Positions 27,697 to 37,441 of a DNA stretch of 64,000 bases are shown piece after piece. The stretch is taken from contig CAXBMO010000010.1 in NCBI GenBank assembly GCA_963977015.1, forward strand, positions 147,555 to 211,554. Direction: 5' to 3'. Numbering within the stretch: the stretch's first letter is position 1; each line of letters begins with the position of its first letter. The position numbers and the translations under genes were made by a program. The notes beneath the pieces are model-generated. The model saw nothing but the letters and a program-made list of their open reading frames with translations, searched no databases and had not been told where the DNA came from. This DNA is from an uncultured bacterium (GTDB lineage Bacteria > Verrucomicrobiota > Verrucomicrobiia > Verrucomicrobiales > DEV007).

Positions 27697-29490
27697 GGAA
27701 ACGACTTCAGCCGCCGGTTCGAACCAGCGATCGTGTTCTTTGATCAAGTCGATGAGTCGCGCCACCGCCTCATTTTCCGGGATATTGAACTTCACCGCCT
27801 CTTTGCCGACGTAAAGATTGATCTTTCCTGGTGCGCCACCGACGTAGCCAAAATCGGCATCGGCCATCTCGCCGGGACCATTGACGATGCATCCCATCAC
27901 CGCGATTCGCACCCCCTTCAGGTGACCGGTTGCTTCGCGAATTCGTTGCGTGGTGCTTTGCAGATTAAAAAGCGTCCGTCCGCAAGAGGGGCAGGCGACA
28001 TAATCTGTCTTGAAGATGCGGGAGCCGGCCGCTTGAAGCACATTGTAGGCAAGCCTCAGCGCCTGTCCCGGGGATGATTCGCCCTGAATCAGAATGGCAT
28101 CGCCGATCCCGTCGCAAAGCAGGGAGCCAATATTTGTGGCCGCGCGGAGAAGCGTCGCGAGCGAGTCCGGACTTGGCGAGGTCGCTGCAGTCAGGGTGTC
28201 TTTAAGGAGGATGGGATGTTTGGAATCAATCCTGGAGGCAAGAAGCCGAAACGCCGGGATCACGGCGATATCGAGGCCGTTGGCCACCGTAACCAACCTG
28301 GCTTCCGGCGAACTGGCGAATTCCTCGACTTCCGCATCGTTTCTCGGATCAATCTCAACAACCCCTGATGTTTCGAAAACGAATTCCGGTTGGAAATCGC
28401 CCAACTGTTGAATCTTCGTCGCAACCTGATTCCAATGTTCCTGAGTGACGCAAACCCGGATGGTTTCGCTGCCGCCAACTGGAATTCCCTGCACCTCGAT
28501 GGGCTCCGTTGAACGCCTCTCGTAGCTGAAGGGATCATAACAGGGAGATTGGCCGGAAGAACGGGGCAGGGAAGGGTTGCCGGCTTCTTCACCGATCATT
28601 TTGACGATCGCCTTGGCCACCGGAATCTCGTGAACGGCGTCTTCGGTGAGCGAAACGCGAATCGTCTCTCCAATTCCGTCCTTCAGCAAGGAACCAATCC
28701 CGATCGCGCTTTTGATCCGCCCATCTTCGCCATCGCCGGCTTCCGTAACCCCCAGATGAAGCGGGTAGTTCCAATCGCTCCCCAAGTCGCGGAGCCGGGC
28801 GATGAGGAGCCGGTAGGCCTCGATCATCACCTTGGGGTTGCTGGCCTTCATCGAAAAGACGAACGCGTGATAGTTTAGTTCCCGGGCGATTCGGGCAAAT
28901 TCCAAGGCGCTTTCCACCATGCCAAGCGGAGTGTCGCCATAACGGTTCATGATGCGGTCACTCAGCGAACCGTGGTTGGTGCCGATTCGCATGGCGACGG
29001 ATCGTTCCTGACAGAGCCGAACCAGGGGCTCAAACTGCTCCCGAATCCGGTCCAGTTCCTCGGAATACTGATCGTCGGTGTACTCTCGAATCTCGAATTT
29101 CTTCTTGTCGACGAAGTTTCCCGGATTCACGCGAACTTTCTCGACCCATTTGGCGGCCTCCAGCGCGGCGTCCGGTTTGAAGTGGATGTCGGCGACGAGT
29201 GGAGTATCGCAGCCGCGGGCCAACAACCCAGCTTTGATGTTCTCCAGGTTCGCGGCGTATTTCCGCGTCTGCGCCGTGACGCGCACGATTTCGCAACCCG
29301 CCGCCACGAGGCCAAGGGCTTCTTCGATACACGCCTCCGTATCGCGCGTATCGCTCGTGAGCATGGACTGAACCCGGATCGGGTTCTTTCCTCCAATGCC
29401 GACATTTCCAACCCGGACTTCCCGCGTCTCCCGCCGATGGTAGGCAAAGAGATCGTCGCAATAAGAAAGCGTGGATGAATCAGGATGCAT
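27694..29490 (-). CDS. ispG: (E)-4-hydroxy-3-methylbut-2-enyl-diphosphate synthase, long form
   Basis: RVQSM, PLVADIHF, RVNPGN, RIGTNHGSLS, HLGVTEAG, ACPSCGRT, MGCIVNGPGEM. Confidence 0.97.
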   Translation of the reverse strand: MHPDSSTLSYCDDLFAYHRRETREVRVGNVGIGGKNPIRVQSMLTSDTRDTEACIEEALGLVAAGCEIVRVTAQTRKYAANLENIKAGLLARGCDTPLVADIHFKPDAALEAAKWVEKVRVNPGNFVDKKKFEIREYTDDQYSEELDRIREQFEPLVRLCQERSVAMRIGTNHGSLSDRIMNRYGDTPLGMVESALEFARIARELNYHAFVFSMKASNPKVMIEAYRLLIARLRDLGSDWNYPLHLGVTEAGDGEDGRIKSAIGIGSLLKDGIGETIRVSLTEDAVHEIPVAKAIVKMIGEEAGNPSLPRSSGQSPCYDPFSYERRSTEPIEVQGIPVGGSETIRVCVTQEHWNQVATKIQQLGDFQPEFVFETSGVVEIDPRNDAEVEEFASSPEARLVTVANGLDIAVIPAFRLLASRIDSKHPILLKDTLTAATSPSPDSLATLLRAATNIGSLLCDGIGDAILIQGESSPGQALRLAYNVLQAAGSRIFKTDYVACPSCGRTLFNLQSTTQRIREATGHLKGVRIAVMGCIVNGPGEMADADFGYVGGAPGKINLYVGKEAVKFNIPENEAVARLIDLIKEHDRWFEPAAEVVS

Positions 29491-30949
29491 TCTCAACCGC
29501 CTCGAATTGGAACGGGACTTTCTGCTTTCCGGTCACGTCATTGAAAATATCTCGAAAGTCGAAGCCGGCGATGAACACCATGAAACCGATCAACAAAATC
29601 GCGCAGCTCGCGTTCATGAACTGCAGCACTCGAAGATCGATCGGCTTGCGCGAGATCGTTTCGATCAACGCCATGGTGATATGACCTCCGTCGAGGATCG
29701 GGAAAGGCATCAGGTTCAAGATGGCCAGGTTGACGTTCAGCAGCACACTAAACCACAGGACCAAGCGCCAGCCGTCGGGGTTCCGGAAGAGCTTGTAGTA
29801 AATGTAGATGATCATGGGCGCTCCGCTCAGGTGCGCCGCGCTGATGCCGGAGTTCGGTGAGGCAACCGCCGTGATCGTATTGTACATCGTCCGGACCGTC
29901 TTTTTGATTTGGCTGGCAGGCGAAGGATGGATGATGACGTTGTCGCGAAACTGCTCGGGTTTCAGCTCGTCAGACATGGTGATCAGGCCAACGCGCTTCA
30001 CCTCACCGTAATCGCCTGGATTTTCCGGGACCCGCGGCCGAACCGTCACCGTTTTTTCAACTCCATCCCGAAGCACCAGAAACTCGATCTGATCGGGATG
30101 ATTCGCTTCCACATGGAGGCCGATTTCTGCGAAGTGATAGAGCTTCCTGCCGTCCATCTTCAAAATCTGATCCTTTTTCTCCAGTCCCGCCATTTGGGCA
30201 GGGCTATTGTCCATGGTTTTGCCGACAAAAATCGGGGTGGCCTGGGGAGCGAGCCCGACCTGACGAATCGGCGGGCGAGCGAAGAGCTTCTTGTACCAAG
30301 GCCGTTCGTCTTTGGGGATCTCGGCCTCCACGTCAATGCTCATCGGGCTGCCATCTCTCTCAATATCGAATTTGAGCGAGTCCTTGTCGCTGCTGATGAC
30401 GGCCCACTGAATGCTGTCCACCATCCCGCCGAACGTCGTTACCTCCTGATCATCAATCGATTTGACGACGTCACCGGGCTTCAATCCTGCCTTGTCAGCC
30501 GGATAGCCGGGGATGACATAGCCGATGGTTGTTGAATTGGAAGAGCGACTCTCGGGCGTTCCCGCGATCCAAACGACCACCGCGCACAAAATTGCGAGGC
30601 CGAAGCTGAAAAGAGGTCCCGCGAATGCGACGATGATCTTGTCCAGCGCCGAAATCGGCGGAAGCGGCTCCTCGGAATCGGTCGTTCCCTCCAGCATTTC
30701 CATGGGAGCCATTTGCGGCAGGGCCACGAAGCCGCCAGCGGGGATCGTGCCGAGACCGTATTGAACGCCTCCAACGGTTTTCTTCCAGATCGCTTTTCCG
30801 AACCAGATTTGAAACTTGTCGATCCGCAGGCCTCTCCACTTCGCGGCAAGGAAGTGGCCGAGTTCGTGAACCACGATGATGAGGTTAAAGACGAGGAGGA
30901 CGAGAAAAAGAATCCCGATGACTTGAAACAGCGCCAGAATAAATTGCAT
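29480..30949 (-). CDS. rseP: RIP metalloprotease (M50) with two PDZ domains
   Basis: HELGH, AGP, NLMPFPILDGG; upstream of and overlapping ispG. Confidence 0.95.
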   Translation of the reverse strand: MQFILALFQVIGILFLVLLVFNLIIVVHELGHFLAAKWRGLRIDKFQIWFGKAIWKKTVGGVQYGLGTIPAGGFVALPQMAPMEMLEGTTDSEEPLPPISALDKIIVAFAGPLFSFGLAILCAVVVWIAGTPESRSSNSTTIGYVIPGYPADKAGLKPGDVVKSIDDQEVTTFGGMVDSIQWAVISSDKDSLKFDIERDGSPMSIDVEAEIPKDERPWYKKLFARPPIRQVGLAPQATPIFVGKTMDNSPAQMAGLEKKDQILKMDGRKLYHFAEIGLHVEANHPDQIEFLVLRDGVEKTVTVRPRVPENPGDYGEVKRVGLITMSDELKPEQFRDNVIIHPSPASQIKKTVRTMYNTITAVASPNSGISAAHLSGAPMIIYIYYKLFRNPDGWRLVLWFSVLLNVNLAILNLMPFPILDGGHITMALIETISRKPIDLRVLQFMNASCAILLIGFMVFIAGFDFRDIFNDVTGKQKVPFQFEAVENAS

Positions 30950-31041
30950 ATATGAGGTTGTGGTAACTAAAATCCGCTTCTTGGACGGGCGTCGGAACTA
31001 TATCATCGCTACGAAGCTTCTCAATTGTTTGCCTGCACTGG

Positions 31042-32589
31042 CTATCGAAGGGAGATCGGTGGGAAAAAGAGCCCCAAATCCTGACGTTTCCACCAATTTC
31101 CGGTGCTTTTTCGTTCACCCGGACTGGTGAATTCGTAACGATAGAGTTTGGCGCGAACGAATTTCGGCGGCTGATCTGGAAAGGGATTGGATTTGAACAG
31201 CCGAATCACCTCGGGACTGTCCTGGAGGAGACGCACCATTAAATTTTCGAACCAGACGGTGCGGCTGGATCGTTGGTATTGGTAGCCGAGGGCCGCAAAC
31301 CACAGTTGCCAATCCATGCGCGGCTGATGCGGCGCGACCAACTTTGGCCTTTCCCCGAGTTGATCCGGTTTCCAGCGGAAATCGTAGGATTTCCAGGTGA
31401 TTCCGTCGTGGCTTCCTTCAATGATGATTTCCGGCCGCTCGCGGGTCATGACACGGAAGAGTCCGTAGCCGCTCGAAAGGTGAAACGGCTGGGCCGGCCC
31501 ATTCAAACCGTTCAGAAACTCGGGGAGAAACGGCTTCTTGACCCATTTCGCTTCATGAATCAGCTGCCTTTGGCAAACCTGGAGCGAAAGCACGAAAAGA
31601 AGGGCGCCTATCGCCAAGCGAATGCCGAACCCCGCCCTTCGTGGGAATTTCGCGCTCGATAAGCTTCTTTCCTGGAACCGGTTCCTGATCTTCCCGGGCC
31701 AGCAGGAGTCGTCGATGAGTGACAAACACAAGACGATCGTGAGAAGGTTGAAATAGGTGAAATTCCCCGTCGCCATGATCAGAATCATCAGGCCAACAAT
31801 CCCGACAAACGCGACGAACCGCAGGCGGCGGCCCAGAAAAATGCCAAACGGGAGCACGATTTCGATCGCCAGCATGATCCACGAGGAGACGATGTGGACC
31901 CAACCAGGAAGCTGATGGGCATACCAGGCCACGGCGTGGGCAATCGGCTGCGTTTCATAGTGATGCATCAGCGCGGTGCCGTCGCGCCAGGTGGGGTCGC
32001 TTGCGATTTTGACGGCTCCGGAGAAAATCATGAGTTTCCAAAGGAGAAAATGCACCAGAAAGATTCCCCAACGGGAAACTGCAGGATCAACCGTTCTCGG
32101 TCCGGTCCAGAGCCGCCACGGGGCGACCAACAGGGAGAGAAATCCGGCTTCCAGCAGCAGAATATCCCACTGGAAACTCATGAAGACGCTGCCGGTGTTC
32201 ACCAGGGAAAGGTAAAGAAACCAGAGGAGCGCCAAAAAGGGTCCCTGCAGCACGCCAGCCATCACCAGCACCGCCGATATCACCCCGAGCAGGCAGGTCC
32301 AGTGGAGCGCCGGGTTGCTCGCATTCCACAGAAAGACCGTCGGCAGCTTCCAAAACGCGGAGTCGCCCAGATTCTGTTTCACTGCCGGAATGAAGCTCTG
32401 CACCGGCGCGATCCCGTTGGAGCCGACCAACCCGTCCAGCTGAACCCACCAGCTCGCGATCGCGATCAAATAGATGGCGCCGATTCCCCGAACGAAGAGC
32501 GACTGGGCCATGCCAAAGGTGGATGGCAACGGCGCTGGACCATTGGCGAGCCGCAAAAGAGGCTCAAACTTCTGGAGAAAGTCGCGCAT
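31042..32589 (-). CDS. Lipase maturation factor (LMF) family membrane protein
   Basis: FMSFQWDILLLEAGFL, HYETQP, YGLFRVMT..RPE, APHQPRMDWQLWF. Confidence 0.9.
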   Translation of the reverse strand: MRDFLQKFEPLLRLANGPAPLPSTFGMAQSLFVRGIGAIYLIAIASWWVQLDGLVGSNGIAPVQSFIPAVKQNLGDSAFWKLPTVFLWNASNPALHWTCLLGVISAVLVMAGVLQGPFLALLWFLYLSLVNTGSVFMSFQWDILLLEAGFLSLLVAPWRLWTGPRTVDPAVSRWGIFLVHFLLWKLMIFSGAVKIASDPTWRDGTALMHHYETQPIAHAVAWYAHQLPGWVHIVSSWIMLAIEIVLPFGIFLGRRLRFVAFVGIVGLMILIMATGNFTYFNLLTIVLCLSLIDDSCWPGKIRNRFQERSLSSAKFPRRAGFGIRLAIGALLFVLSLQVCQRQLIHEAKWVKKPFLPEFLNGLNGPAQPFHLSSGYGLFRVMTRERPEIIIEGSHDGITWKSYDFRWKPDQLGERPKLVAPHQPRMDWQLWFAALGYQYQRSSRTVWFENLMVRLLQDSPEVIRLFKSNPFPDQPPKFVRAKLYRYEFTSPGERKSTGNWWKRQDLGLFFPPISLR

Positions 32590-32604
32590 TGCGAGTGTTG
32601 GACG

Positions 32605-34305
32605 TCAATCCCGCCGAAACACGTCCGGGACAAAGCTCAAATCGCTCGCTTCCTTCGCCGCAATCTCGATCTGGAAGTCCATGATCTCTTTGGGAACCGG
32701 GCTCTGATAGTCGAGCAAAATTTCCGTCAGGGCGACCGACGCTTCCAGGTTTCTCGTCTTCACTAGCCGATAGGTTTTCACGGCAAGCGCTTCCGCGGAA
32801 CCGGGGGTGAGATGGGGCGGGATCAATTCGGCGAGCGAAAACTCCGGCTCCTTCGGCAGTGTCAGTCCCTGTCGCTTCGAAAGCGCCCGAATCAGTGAGT
32901 AGGCTTCCTCCGGCGTCACGCTTGGGAAGAGCGGGAATTTCACGTCGACCCGTCCCGGGCGTTTCAGATCCACCTCGATCAGGTCCGGCCGGCTCGAAGC
33001 CAGAATCCAGAGAATTTTGCCACGATTTCTAGTGTCGCTCATCTCTTTGGCCATCATCGAGTAAACGCGCCCCGAAACGCCCGAATCTCCACTCTGTGCG
33101 CTGCGGCTTCCCAACGCCTGATCCGCCTCATCAATGAAGACGATGCATCTGCCGAGGGCCTGAAGCAGCGCGAAAATCTTCTCCAGATTCCCCTCCGTGC
33201 TCCCAACCCAGCGATCGCGGAAATTCTTGAACTTCACCACCGGAATCCCCGCCTCACCCGCGAGACACTCGACCATAAACGTCTTTCCCGTGCCGACCGG
33301 TCCGCAGAGCAGATAGCCCATCGGAATCGCCCGTAGATCGTCCTGTTGCCAGAGCGCGATATCCTGCCGCATCCAGTCCTTCACCGCCTCGCTCCCCATG
33401 ATCATGTCGAGATTCCGGTCGCTCTCCACGAAATCGATCAGTCCCTGACAGTCCTTCTCCACCAAAGCGCGGCGCAGATCACTCAACGTTTTCTCGTCGA
33501 TCGGCTTCTTCTTGTGATGGCGAATTTTCACCAATGACTCCACCGAACTGAGCGTCGTTCCCGCCAACCGCTTTGCCGGGATGGATTCCTTTCCGGCAAA
33601 CTTGGTCAGTGCCTTGGGAAAATCCTCTCCCAGAAACTTCAGCGCCGCCTCCAATTCCTCCGGCGACGGCAACGGCACCGCGACTCTCGCGATTCGTGGA
33701 TTCCCCGCCACGAGGGGATGAAGGTCGTTCAGGTTCTCCGCGATCAGGAACGTGGCCAGATTCTGCTCCAAAAAGTGGCTTTCCGTCGACCAGGAACGCA
33801 CCAGGGACGCCATCGAGTGGACCTCGTAGTTCATCGCCTGAGCCGCTCGCGCCGGCAGGACCAGCGAGGCCGTTCGAATCACGAATGCGATGCTCAAATT
33901 CTTCCCCGCCAGATTCTCCGGCTCCTCGTTCTCGGCAGTGGCGACCTGTCGTAGATTACAGCAATAGCGCAGAAAGTGATCCATGTAGGCCACGGCATCC
34001 CGTGGGACTTTGGGAAACGCACGTGCTTCCCGGGCCGATGGCCAATGGTGATAGGCTTCCTTCCCGGCCTTGGTTGGCGTGGAGACGCGAAGCCCGTGCC
34101 CCAGATCGTAGGAAAAAATCGCGTCAAACTTCCGTAGTTGGTGAGCAATCAGGTAGTCGAACAGATTCCCAAACCGGACAGCCTCTTTGCCTTCTGCCGG
34201 CAGCAACACCCGATCCTCCACATTCCCGTGGAGCAGAAACTGATTGGCCGAACCGCTCAGATAAAGAGACCGGATTTCTTCTGGCCACGTTGTTTGCGAG
34301 GGCAT
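32605..34305 (-). CDS. AAA+ ATPase with a degenerate N-terminal and an intact C-terminal AAA module
   Basis: Walker A GPVGTGKT, Walker B VFIDEAD, arginine finger DLKRPGRVD; N-half has no Walker A. Confidence 0.85.
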   Translation of the reverse strand: MPSQTTWPEEIRSLYLSGSANQFLLHGNVEDRVLLPAEGKEAVRFGNLFDYLIAHQLRKFDAIFSYDLGHGLRVSTPTKAGKEAYHHWPSAREARAFPKVPRDAVAYMDHFLRYCCNLRQVATAENEEPENLAGKNLSIAFVIRTASLVLPARAAQAMNYEVHSMASLVRSWSTESHFLEQNLATFLIAENLNDLHPLVAGNPRIARVAVPLPSPEELEAALKFLGEDFPKALTKFAGKESIPAKRLAGTTLSSVESLVKIRHHKKKPIDEKTLSDLRRALVEKDCQGLIDFVESDRNLDMIMGSEAVKDWMRQDIALWQQDDLRAIPMGYLLCGPVGTGKTFMVECLAGEAGIPVVKFKNFRDRWVGSTEGNLEKIFALLQALGRCIVFIDEADQALGSRSAQSGDSGVSGRVYSMMAKEMSDTRNRGKILWILASSRPDLIEVDLKRPGRVDVKFPLFPSVTPEEAYSLIRALSKRQGLTLPKEPEFSLAELIPPHLTPGSAEALAVKTYRLVKTRNLEASVALTEILLDYQSPVPKEIMDFQIEIAAKEASDLSFVPDVFRRD

Positions 34306-34353
34306 AGTTCCCGATTCTCGACCCGCCCTTGCTCAGTGGCAACGCAACTTTTA

Positions 34354-34382
34354 GTGGCGTCTTTGCAGTTTCGCGCTAGCAT
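34354..34382 (+). promoter_or_regulatory. Putative promoter of the leader-cimA transcript
   Basis: GTGGCG-17nt-TAGCAT, 12 nt upstream of the leader ATG. Confidence 0.45.
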
Positions 34383-34394
34383 CATTTCACCCGC

Positions 34395-34430
34395 ATGCCA
34401 TTCGCCCTTCGAATTAGCATTATTATCTGA
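34395..34430 (+). CDS. Putative Ile-rich leader peptide MPFALRISIII of cimA
   Basis: ATG CCA TTC GCC CTT CGA ATT AGC ATT ATT ATC TGA: 4 Ile in the last 5 codons, 134 nt upstream of an Ile-biosynthesis gene. Confidence 0.7.
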   Translation: MPFALRISIII

Positions 34431-34564
34431 ACCGCTCGGCCCGTTTTTCCTGGAATGCCGAGCGAGCGCGGGAACGTTCCGACCTGTCGTCGGGCCTCTC
34501 CTCCACTCGTGAGTTTTCCTGGATTCCGTTGGGCCGGTGGAAAAACTACCTACCAACTCACCTC
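34431..34564 (+). promoter_or_regulatory. Structured cimA 5' leader (candidate attenuator)
   Basis: 8-bp stem CGCTCGGC(34433-40)/GCCGAGCG(34457-64). GGAAAAAC(34539-46) can pair with GTTTTTCC(34443-50) or, bulged, with AGTTTTCC(34512-19). Confidence 0.55.
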
Positions 34565-36148
34565 ATGTCTGAAAAAGCCGTTAAGATCTACGACACGACC
34601 CTGCGCGATGGAACGCAGGGCACGGGAGTCTCGTTCTCATCGCACGATAAGATTCGCATCGCTCAAAAACTCGATGAATTCGGCGTGGACTACATTGAAG
34701 GCGGTTGGCCCGGTTCCAACGTCAAAGACGTTTCCTTTTTCGAGAAAGCCTGTGAGTTGGAATGGAAAAATGCCAAAATTGCGGCGTTTGGCAGTACCCG
34801 CCGCGCCGACATGAAGGTCAGCGAAGATCCGCAGGTCAAACTCCTCCTCGACGCCAACACGCCTGCCATCACCTTCTTCGGCAAAAGTTGGGAACTCCAC
34901 GTTATTGAGGTGCTTCGCACCACCGCCGAGGAAAACCGCAAGATGGTTTACGACACTTCCGCCTATCTCAAGGATCAGGGCAAGGAAGTCATTTACGATG
35001 CCGAGCACTTTTTCGACGGGTACAAGGACAACCAGGAACACGCGCTGCAAACGCTCGAAGCTGCGAAGAAAGGCGGGGCCGACATCGTCGTCCTTTGCGA
35101 TACCAACGGCGGCACTCTCCCGCACGAAGTCGCCGAAATCACCAAACTCGTTCGCGAACACCTCAACATGCCCGTCGGCATCCACACTCACGACGATGCC
35201 GGATTCGGAGTTGCCAACGCCATCGCTTCGGTCCGTGCCGGCGCTGTCCAGGTTCAGGGAACCATCAATGGTTACGGCGAGCGTGTCGGCAACTGCAACC
35301 TCACCACCGTCATCCCCAATCTTCAGCTCAAGATGGACACGCCGGTCATTCCCGATCTCAGCAAGCTCCACGAAGTCAGCTTCTTCATCGACGAACTCGC
35401 CAACGTTCCCCACAACCCGCGGGCACCCTTCGTCGGCACCACCGCCTTTGCCCACAAGGGCGGCATGCACGTCAACGCCGTGCAAAAGCTCGCCCGCACC
35501 TACGAGCACATCCAGCCCGAGCTCGTCGGCAACCGGCAGAACATCCTCATCTCCGAACTCAGCGGCCAGAGTAACGTCCTCATGAAAGCCGAGGAACTCG
35601 GTCACCCGCTCACCAAGGGCAGCCCCGAAGCCAAAAAGCTCCTCACCCAGGTCAAGGAACTCGAAAACGAAGGCTACGAATTCGAAGCCGCCGAAGCTAG
35701 CTTCGAGCTGCTCATCCGGAAGGAGCTCAACAGCTACGAGCCTCTCTTCAAGCTTCTCGAATACCGCTGCATGTTCCACCGCATCCGGCCTCACGAAGAC
35801 GACGGCGGATTCGAAGCCTGCTCCGCCACCGTCAAGCTCGAGGTCGAAGGCCGCGAACGCTACTCCGCTGCCGACGGCGACGGACCGATCAACGCCCTTG
35901 ACGGCGCCCTCCGCAAAGCACTCGAAGACCATTATCCCGAGATCCACAACATCCGTCTCAGCGACTACCGCGTCCGCATCAGCGACTCCCAGCTCGGCAG
36001 CGCCGCCAAAACCCGCGTCCTCATCGACAGCACTGATGGTGAAGACGCCTGGAGCACCGTCGGCGTCTCCTTCAACATCATCCGCGCCAGCTGGCACGCC
36101 CTCGTGGATAGCATCGAATACTACCTGTTGCGGAAGCAGGGCAAGTAG
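34565..36148 (+). CDS. cimA: Citramalate synthase
   Basis: YDTTLRDGTQG, IEGGWPGSN, AFGSTRR, IYDAEHFFDG, AFAHKGGMHV, YEFEAAEASFELL: the CimA subfamily rather than LeuA. Confidence 0.9.
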   Translation: MSEKAVKIYDTTLRDGTQGTGVSFSSHDKIRIAQKLDEFGVDYIEGGWPGSNVKDVSFFEKACELEWKNAKIAAFGSTRRADMKVSEDPQVKLLLDANTPAITFFGKSWELHVIEVLRTTAEENRKMVYDTSAYLKDQGKEVIYDAEHFFDGYKDNQEHALQTLEAAKKGGADIVVLCDTNGGTLPHEVAEITKLVREHLNMPVGIHTHDDAGFGVANAIASVRAGAVQVQGTINGYGERVGNCNLTTVIPNLQLKMDTPVIPDLSKLHEVSFFIDELANVPHNPRAPFVGTTAFAHKGGMHVNAVQKLARTYEHIQPELVGNRQNILISELSGQSNVLMKAEELGHPLTKGSPEAKKLLTQVKELENEGYEFEAAEASFELLIRKELNSYEPLFKLLEYRCMFHRIRPHEDDGGFEACSATVKLEVEGRERYSAADGDGPINALDGALRKALEDHYPEIHNIRLSDYRVRISDSQLGSAAKTRVLIDSTDGEDAWSTVGVSFNIIRASWHALVDSIEYYLLRKQGK

Positions 36149-36325
36149 AAGGGGGCTCCGTCCCGTTCCCGCCCAGACTCCTGCCCCTTGCCGATGACCG
36201 TCTCAACATCGGGCGGCACGGCATGAGGAACACCAGACACGTGTTGATTCGCTTCCCTCGGCGGGTTGCCGATCGCGTGATCGGGGAAGCGGCGTGGCGC
36301 CGAACTTCTACTCGCCGCTACGATA

Positions 36326-37348
36326 TTAGCGGCGTTCCTTGGCCTTCTGATCCCGATATTGATTGGGCGGGCAACCCATCCAACGGTGAAAGGCGCGATA
36401 AAAGCCGCTGGGTTCGTGATATCCCAGCATTGACGCCACCTCCTGTATGGTGTGGCGGCGGTCGCTGAGAAAGTCGAGCGCCTGGGTGCGCCGGAAGTCA
36501 TCAAGTACTTGTTTGTAGCTGGTTTGGGCTGCGGTGAGGCGGCGTTGGAGGCTGCGGACACTTATTCCCAGGTAGGATGCGATTGCGGAGAGGCCGGGTT
36601 CGCCCGCTGCGAGATTGGAGGAAAGGGCGAATTCGATTTGCTCAACGAGATTGTCCGACGAGGGACGTTTGTTGAGGAGATGCTCGGCATAGGCATCGAG
36701 GTAGGTTTCGAGCTTTGGGTCGCGCCGTTCGATTGGGCGATTCCAGTCCGCCTCTTCAAAGACGACAATTGCCAAGTGATCACCCAACGTGACATTGCAT
36801 TGAAAAAAGTCGCTCAACGCATCCGCGTCTTTGGTCAACAATTCGGGGACCTGGATTCTGCGGGGGGTGAGATCGGGAGTCGTCAGTTGGCGAGCGATCG
36901 CCACGATGATCGCGATCCGGCAGTGGATGGGGTGACGAATGGCGATGAGCTTGATACTGGCTTCGAGCCGGACCTGGGGCGCGCCGGATTCCAGGTCAAT
37001 CGAGATCGCGACGTCATCGGAAAGGAGTTTTCCAAACCGTTCGAGTTTGCTCATGGCATGCCCCAGAGTTTCGCTGTGGGACATTGTGTAGCCCACGATG
37101 CCGAGGTCTTGCAACAATACGCTCTTTCCGACTTCCAGCCCAAAGTAGGGCTGATGGTATTCCTCGTCGATTGCGATCCAGAGCCGGCTGAGTTTTTCGC
37201 GCGGGATGCGAGTATCGGGATTGCTGAGTTCGGCGGCGGTAAGGTTGCTGCGCGATAACAGTAACTTTTGGTCAAAGCCGGCCTGCACGGCTTTTGACAT
37301 GACCCGGATAGGTGCTGCTGCCCGGATCGTAAGAGCATGAGAGGTCAT
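36326..37348 (-). CDS. AraC family transcriptional regulator (N-terminal ligand domain + HTH)
   Basis: LGISVRSLQRRL, VASMLGYHEPSGFYRAFHRWMGCPP.QYR. Confidence 0.9.
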   Translation of the reverse strand: MTSHALTIRAAAPIRVMSKAVQAGFDQKLLLSRSNLTAAELSNPDTRIPREKLSRLWIAIDEEYHQPYFGLEVGKSVLLQDLGIVGYTMSHSETLGHAMSKLERFGKLLSDDVAISIDLESGAPQVRLEASIKLIAIRHPIHCRIAIIVAIARQLTTPDLTPRRIQVPELLTKDADALSDFFQCNVTLGDHLAIVVFEEADWNRPIERRDPKLETYLDAYAEHLLNKRPSSDNLVEQIEFALSSNLAAGEPGLSAIASYLGISVRSLQRRLTAAQTSYKQVLDDFRRTQALDFLSDRRHTIQEVASMLGYHEPSGFYRAFHRWMGCPPNQYRDQKAKERR

Positions 37349-37441
37349 TGGGAGGGGGTGTTAGTAATAGATTAAACCACTTACGCGCCAGTGCGAAGGT
37401 TTGGTTGCAAAATGAGTGCACCCTTCGTAGAAACTCTCTCT

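Noticed and set aside
30950-31041. Expected dxr upstream of rseP-ispG
   Set aside because: Absent, with no remnant visible; simple rearrangement is enough to explain it.
34637-36097. 486-aa antisense ORF over cimA (likewise 52014-53342, 57948-59174, 20714-21739, 3029-4024, 43180-44106)
   Set aside because: Shadow frames opposite well-supported genes, explained by codon bias; no recognisable motifs.
36149-36325. GC-rich stems between cimA and the AraC gene as an ncRNA or terminator
   Set aside because: Short imperfect stems with no U-tract or recognisable family.
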